A stretch of DNA of 32,000 nt from contig NZ_SNUY01000035.1 of NCBI RefSeq assembly GCF_004376175.1, forward strand, positions 10,337-42,336, read 5' to 3'. Shown here in pieces: positions 27,469 through 32,000 of the stretch; position 1 is the first letter of the stretch; every line of letters starts with the position of its first letter. The DNA comes from Halalkalibacterium halodurans (GTDB lineage: Bacteria; Bacillota; Bacilli; Bacillales; Bacillaceae_D). The position numbers and the translations under genes were made by a program. The notes under the pieces were generated by a model that worked only from the letters and a program-made list of their open reading frames with translations, was not told the origin of the DNA and did no database searches.

Positions 27469-30329
27469 CAAGCATGCAGTTTATGTCATGGAGTCTAAAT
27501 GAACCGAGCAATGCTCAATTCCAGCAGTATGCTGTGGAGACAGAGCCAGGCGTCTGGAGAGTGGATAATCCGAATGCTTTCCTAAACTGGGGCGGAGATC
27601 AGAAAAACTTTTGGATTGCGTTTTTGAAACACCATCAAAAAATATCTTCGTTTGGTCTCCATGACTTCGGCGTTCGGAGTGATGGAACCATTTATAGCTA
27701 CAAAGCTGGTACGACTTTTACCGTGCTTAATGATGAAGGCCAGGTTCAATATTGGATACGTGATAGCCTGCGCTACTTGCTCGATTCCTATCCTTCGATT
27801 GAATGGTTTTTACAAGCTGTTTGCATGGGGGCACCAGTAGAGTCAATGTTAGACAATGAGTCGTCACAAACAACCTTTATTCACCAATTTCGCCTCATTA
27901 CAGAGCAGTATATCGAGCGGTTTCCGAATCGGATTAAAGGGCTGGAAATTGATTTTGAAAAATCAAGCTCACGGCCACGAGAGTTTCGAGAGGCGGAGAA
28001 GTATCGCGACTTTTTAGCAAGAGTTAAAAATGAAATCGCCATTCCGCTAGGCTTAAAACTAAGAGTCAATCTCCATGCGATGACAGGTGATTTTAATCCC
28101 TATTGGTATCAGTGGACAGATTATCGAACGCTAGCTACTGGACGGGATAAGAACGGGAACGACATTTGTGATGAGTGGCAAATTATGTCGTATGATTTTG
28201 CTCATAACAATTCGGCACCTGGGCCGTCAACGCCCGTTTGGTGGCTTCAGCAAGTGCTCGCCCATGTGAATAATGTTTTTCGAAATGAGAACGTTTGGAT
28301 TGGCAATGCTGCCTATGGACGGCGCTGGCCATTAGAGGCGAAACGTTCAGGTACGGCGGTTCGCTACTGGCAATTACTCATGTGGCAAAATGGGATTTTT
28401 AAACATAACATCGGGCGGCCAGCAGATACAGGAGCGTTTACGTGGGTAGAACAGTCCTATATTCCTTATTGTGGTTTCCACGACGATGAATCAGGTTATC
28501 AACGGACGTTTCTCCATTGTTATGACCGATTTCGTGTCGATTACGGAAAGTTACAAGGAGCCTACAACAATCAATCCGTTATCTTTCGCTCTACCTATCA
28601 AGGGCAGCGCTACATTACGAGCTTTTCTAAACACCAAAGATCAAAGTTTTCAGGGATTGAAGCAATTGTTCATAACGGGACCGCACGGGGGAACTATACA
28701 ACTCCGACGCGATGGACTCCGGACGGTTTTTCACAAACGTTTACAGCTTATAACACCCACCGGGCAACATATCGCCCGAACCATGACCTTGAGCGATGTG
28801 AATTGGATGAAGAGGCAGGAAATGTTACGTATTCATTTCACTTAAATCAGCCGGGGAAATATCGGCTCATTGCTGTTGTTTATTTCCCTTATTTGAATGG
28901 CAAGATCCCCCTAACGATCAACGGGCACATGTATACGATAGGGGATGATGTGCCGGACTGGTATCCTTTTTATGTGAATCCAGATCGTCATTTTTACGAT
29001 TGTGGTGAATGGGATCTACAGATATCCAATACGATTCAGGTGGGCGTGACAGAAGACTCGGCGGCGATTATGGGCTTTGTTATCTGTGATCATTTTGAAC
29101 ATGGAATGACGGGCGGTTACGTTGAATATGACGTCAATCTCCAAGCCCCATACAAAAGGGGGACAATTGAAAATGGAATCGTTACAAAAGAGGAAGCGTC
29201 TTTTCCCCAGCACGTCACTTTAACAGGTGAACTTTTACGAAGACCACCTAGACCGGCCATTGTGTGGGAAGATTTATTCGGCCCTCACGCTCGATTGAAT
29301 GCAAACGGTGAAAAAGAAGTGAAAAATTTAGTGGAGACACCGTACTACCAACGGGCTCGCATGGTTACGCCATCAGGAAATCAATATGAAAATCGTCAGT
29401 GTGTCGGAACAGCGGAACTTGTCGGTTATTCAAATGGAAATTGGGAACCATTCGCCGAAAACTATTGCTTTGCCGATGCGCGAGGTCAGTCAGCCCAGCT
29501 ATTACTTCATAAGGAGTTTCAATTTAACCCTCATATAGAAGCGGATGCAACGGCTCTCGATTCAGGTCAGGTTGGCATCCGTTTTTATGCCAAAGGAAAA
29601 GGTCAAACAGGGAATGGGTATTTGTTCCTTGCTGATTTTCAATCTCGACAATACCGACTCGTCTACCAGAGCAACGGACAAAGTCAAACCCTTGCAACAG
29701 CCCCAATTGGGACTTTACAAGTTGGCAGCCGCTATACGTATAGAGTGAGAGTCCATAACGGTAGAATTCTCTGTCTCATCGGAAGCAATACGGTCATTGA
29801 TTATACGGATCAATCGACCAATCGGATGGATAGAGGTGCTCATGGCATTTATGCCTCCGGTTGTCGCATCCGCTGCCATCGCCTTCATGTGGCAACAAAT
29901 GATCGCTATGAACCGATGGAAAAAGTACAAGTCATTGTTGATAGTCAAGAACAACCAATTGCATTAGAAGAATCGAGACCCTATTCCTATGATGAATTGG
30001 GTTATTTGGTGTATTCCGGATTTAATCCTGATCAAGGGTTAGGCATTAGCATTAGCAACGACTATGAAAACTTGCCCATTGCCACGATTCCGTCTTGGAT
30101 AGGGGAGAAGAAGGTAAAAATTCGGTTAGCGGATGCTGGCGTTTGGCTAAGAAGCTTTTATGTGGGAGATTCTGAGGGTTATTCTATTGCTTGGAATAGC
30201 GATTTAGAAGGATTTATGACAACGTTAAAAATGATTGAGGATTATGGATGTAAAGGAGTCGCAATGTGGACGGTCGGGCAGGAAGATCCGAGGGTATTCA
30301 CTTATTTGCCTGGACGTGATGACCGTTAA
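27465..30329 (+). CDS. Large tail-fibre/spike-type protein: GH18-like TIM barrel interrupted by ~550 aa of carbohydrate-binding-type beta-sandwich modules
   Basis: ATG 27465 with GGGAGG SD and ATGA coupling. GH18 catalytic strand KGLEIDFE (D-x-E at 27951-27959), AAYGRRW, and the closing strand CKGVAMWTVGQEDP near the C-terminus (about 30250-30290). In between lie a CBM6/35-like QPGKYRLIAVVYF...PLTINGHMY and a LamG/DUF1080-like GQVGIRFYAKG...GYLFLADF...YRVRVHNGRILCLIGSNTVIDYTD...GAHGIYASG. Confidence 0.8.
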   Translation: MTSMQFMSWSLNEPSNAQFQQYAVETEPGVWRVDNPNAFLNWGGDQKNFWIAFLKHHQKISSFGLHDFGVRSDGTIYSYKAGTTFTVLNDEGQVQYWIRDSLRYLLDSYPSIEWFLQAVCMGAPVESMLDNESSQTTFIHQFRLITEQYIERFPNRIKGLEIDFEKSSSRPREFREAEKYRDFLARVKNEIAIPLGLKLRVNLHAMTGDFNPYWYQWTDYRTLATGRDKNGNDICDEWQIMSYDFAHNNSAPGPSTPVWWLQQVLAHVNNVFRNENVWIGNAAYGRRWPLEAKRSGTAVRYWQLLMWQNGIFKHNIGRPADTGAFTWVEQSYIPYCGFHDDESGYQRTFLHCYDRFRVDYGKLQGAYNNQSVIFRSTYQGQRYITSFSKHQRSKFSGIEAIVHNGTARGNYTTPTRWTPDGFSQTFTAYNTHRATYRPNHDLERCELDEEAGNVTYSFHLNQPGKYRLIAVVYFPYLNGKIPLTINGHMYTIGDDVPDWYPFYVNPDRHFYDCGEWDLQISNTIQVGVTEDSAAIMGFVICDHFEHGMTGGYVEYDVNLQAPYKRGTIENGIVTKEEASFPQHVTLTGELLRRPPRPAIVWEDLFGPHARLNANGEKEVKNLVETPYYQRARMVTPSGNQYENRQCVGTAELVGYSNGNWEPFAENYCFADARGQSAQLLLHKEFQFNPHIEADATALDSGQVGIRFYAKGKGQTGNGYLFLADFQSRQYRLVYQSNGQSQTLATAPIGTLQVGSRYTYRVRVHNGRILCLIGSNTVIDYTDQSTNRMDRGAHGIYASGCRIRCHRLHVATNDRYEPMEKVQVIVDSQEQPIALEESRPYSYDELGYLVYSGFNPDQGLGISISNDYENLPIATIPSWIGEKKVKIRLADAGVWLRSFYVGDSEGYSIAWNSDLEGFMTTLKMIEDYGCKGVAMWTVGQEDPRVFTYLPGRDDR

Positions 30330-30380
30330 AGGAGAGAGGAACAGGACTTACTTTGAGCTTGAAGGATAAAAAGGAGGACG

Positions 30381-31460
30381 ATGAAAGTGGCGAAAACACC
30401 TTACCGTGATTTAGCAAGTGAAAGTATTTTATCGGCTCATCTATCAGGGGTACAGCACGATGTTAATAAAATTCAGGACGTTCTAGGGATGAAAACGGAT
30501 GTGAAGGAGAACCATCCTCTGCTGCCTGTAACGGATCAAGAAGATTCGACCTTGCGTTTTCGAATTTATGAAGCAGATATACGGAATTGGACTACTCAAC
30601 CGGAGCCTGTCATTTACCGAGATGGGACCGTGGTTGATCCAGGGGAATATGAGCTTTATCCAGCATACGGAGCAGTCGTATTTGTGGCTCAGCAGCATAC
30701 GGACGCAGAAGTAACCGCCGATTTTACTCATATTATTGGAGAGGCAAATATTTTGGATGATATTGCCCAACATGCCCAAGAGATTGAACAGATAAAAGAA
30801 AACATGCAGGGCCCTGGTAGCGGAACAGAAGAAGCGGTTATAAGAGTCGGAGGAGTGGAGCCGTTTTATCCTGTTGCTGGAACGTATTTGTCCCATTACC
30901 GTCGCGATTACAATCCGATTATTGAAAGTGGTTATCATACGGAAAGCCATAGACCGGCTTTCGGTATTCTCGTCTACGGAAATACAATCGATGCGTTTCC
31001 CTTTCCGATCACTCGTAAAACAACCTTCGTACGGGCTGGGTTATGTCTAAGAAACGGAAATGGTACCGTAAGAGCGAAAGTGGGCATTTACGCTGACGAT
31101 GGCACAGGCAGACCGAGTAATCTCATCTTTCAAAGCCCTGAAATGACCATTGCTGCTGACGGAGGCTGGGGTTACGCTGACCTTCAGGTCGAACTACAAC
31201 CGGGACTTTATTGGATCGCACGCCATGATGGAGCCGATGCTTATTGGAATGGTTTGCATCAAATGAGTGCGATTCCGTTAATGCGTTTTAATGGAGAAAC
31301 CTTTCTACAAAACCTTGCCGAGCGACCGAACCCTCACACAGTGTTCGGTGGTTATCGAGCGACGAATATTACCTATGGAAACATGCCGCAAACCTTTCCA
31401 ACTAGCGGAGAGCTTTTCCGCAGGGATTACTATTGCTCTCCATGGCTCATTACAGGCTAA
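30381..31460 (+). CDS. Hypothetical tail fibre / receptor-binding-like protein (359 aa)
   Basis: Last gene of the co-directional module. GGAGG lies 3 nt before ATG 30381, so GTG 30387 (9-nt spacing) may be the real start. The C-terminal half looks like a lectin-type beta-sandwich (VRAKVGIYADDGTGRPSNLIFQS...). The call rests on position only. Confidence 0.55.
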   Translation: MKVAKTPYRDLASESILSAHLSGVQHDVNKIQDVLGMKTDVKENHPLLPVTDQEDSTLRFRIYEADIRNWTTQPEPVIYRDGTVVDPGEYELYPAYGAVVFVAQQHTDAEVTADFTHIIGEANILDDIAQHAQEIEQIKENMQGPGSGTEEAVIRVGGVEPFYPVAGTYLSHYRRDYNPIIESGYHTESHRPAFGILVYGNTIDAFPFPITRKTTFVRAGLCLRNGNGTVRAKVGIYADDGTGRPSNLIFQSPEMTIAADGGWGYADLQVELQPGLYWIARHDGADAYWNGLHQMSAIPLMRFNGETFLQNLAERPNPHTVFGGYRATNITYGNMPQTFPTSGELFRRDYYCSPWLITG

Positions 31461-31611
31461 CTAATATGATGGGGTTTAAAGAAGGGTTTTTTACGTGCTA
31501 TGACTTTCTGATAAGGCCCAAAACTTCATGAGCCAAAGTCGAAGCCGGTCCTGAAAAAAACATCGTATGTTTATGGAAATGTCCATTCCGCTCAAGAAGG
31601 ACAGACGATCG

Positions 31612-31659
31612 AGACGGCGCAACTAGCACGGAATGCCGGTTGTGCCGTCTAAATTTTTA
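31612..31659 (+). terminator. Possible intrinsic terminator closing the tail module
   Basis: Arms AGACGGCGCAAC and GTTGTGCCGTCT (one G-U pair) followed by AAATTTTTA. It lies 150 nt after the last tail ORF. Coordinates are approximate. Confidence 0.45.
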
Positions 31660-31952
31660 CGCTCCCCACTAAAAAGGATGCAGTGTCCAGTAATCCTTGG
31701 TTAGGCCAGAATATCAATAGAAAGTAAAACGAGCAGTATAGAAAACAGATTTAAAATAGAGAGACTACAGAGACTATTATAATTGATTATTTATGAAAGG
31801 AGCTTACTAGGAAGAGTCTTTTCTTCTATACATAGGACGAGTACTGAGAGTATAAAATATTTTGTGTAAATGAAAAATTCCATGTAAAAAGGAAGACCCT
31901 TTCTTGGTAGAATAAAGTCACCATAACCAATTCTAGAAAAGAGGTCTTCCCT

Positions 31953-32000
31953 ATGAATCAGTTTACAACAAAAATTGTCGATGCACTAGTAAAAAAACAA
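31953..32000 (+). CDS. 5' end of an unidentified ORF (MNQFTTKIVDALVKKQ...), truncated by the window
   Basis: ATG preceded by AGAAAAGAGG. Only 16 codons are visible, so no family assignment is possible. Confidence 0.3.
   Translation, partial: MNQFTTKIVDALVKKQ

Larger units (their letters stand above)
21410..31460 (+). mobile_element. Phage-derived, head-less, non-contractile (siphovirus-type) tail gene module: tailocin-like element or prophage remnant
   Basis: Gene order is major tail protein, frameshifting chaperone, tape measure, Dit, Tal, then receptor-binding/glycosidase proteins. All are co-directional and tightly spaced. No head, connector, sheath, integrase or lysis genes lie in the window. 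Confidence 0.7.

Noticed and set aside
27652-28845. Alternative-frame ORFs inside the GH18 gene (27652-27840, 27881-28069, 28471-28845), and others at 29016-29954
   Set aside because: They are embedded in a 954-aa ORF with clear domain signatures. Their composition is shadow-frame.
31541-31655. Start-less ~55-codon open frame on the minus strand after the tail module
   Set aside because: It has no initiation codon or SD and no family was recognised. It is kept only as a possible remnant within the boundary finding.

Overview
This window is the chromosomal replication-origin region of a Bacillus-like (Bacillaceae) genome, followed by an accessory island.

**1-18.9 kb: origin neighbourhood.** Genes diverge from oriC in the textbook order. 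On the minus strand: parB (partial), soj, noc, rsmG, mnmG, mnmE, jag, yidC, rnpA, rpmH. On the plus strand: dnaA, dnaN, yaaA, recF, remB, gyrB, gyrA. oriC is bipartite. About nine DnaA boxes lie upstream of dnaA (9426-9734). Two perfect boxes, a DnaA-trio-like element and an AT-rich unwinding region lie between dnaA and dnaN (11271-11383). A third DnaA-box cluster sits between noc and rsmG, next to a ~330-nt ORF-free structured segment.

**18.9-21.4 kb: accessory genes.** Where B. subtilis carries an rRNA operon after gyrA, this window has an HD-GYP protein whose HD dyad reads AD. It also has a head-on gene with two tandem DUF4429/PH-like repeats and a SHOCT tail.

**21.4-31.5 kb: tail module.** This is a co-directional, tightly packed siphovirus-type tail module:
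- a major tail protein
- a G/GT chaperone with an intact A-run -1 frameshift
- a 509-aa tape measure
- Dit and Tal
- three short ORFs
- a 954-aa GH18 enzyme with nested carbohydrate-binding modules
- a 359-aa fibre-like protein

No capsid, portal, terminase, connector, sheath, integrase, repressor or lysis gene is visible in the window. Only 336 bp of non-coding DNA precede the first tail gene, and that DNA contains four 11-bp-phased TGGCACA repeats.

The head-less, non-contractile tail cluster is the most interesting element: it is either an F-type tailocin candidate or a cleanly truncated prophage. Its distal part has odd coding architecture: an in-frame stop splits a jelly-roll domain, a closing-strand module is duplicated, and the reading frame hands over at a C7 tract.

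No rRNA, tRNA, CRISPR array or IS element was recognised. All family assignments come from motifs read by eye. No database search, structure prediction or composition calculation was run.
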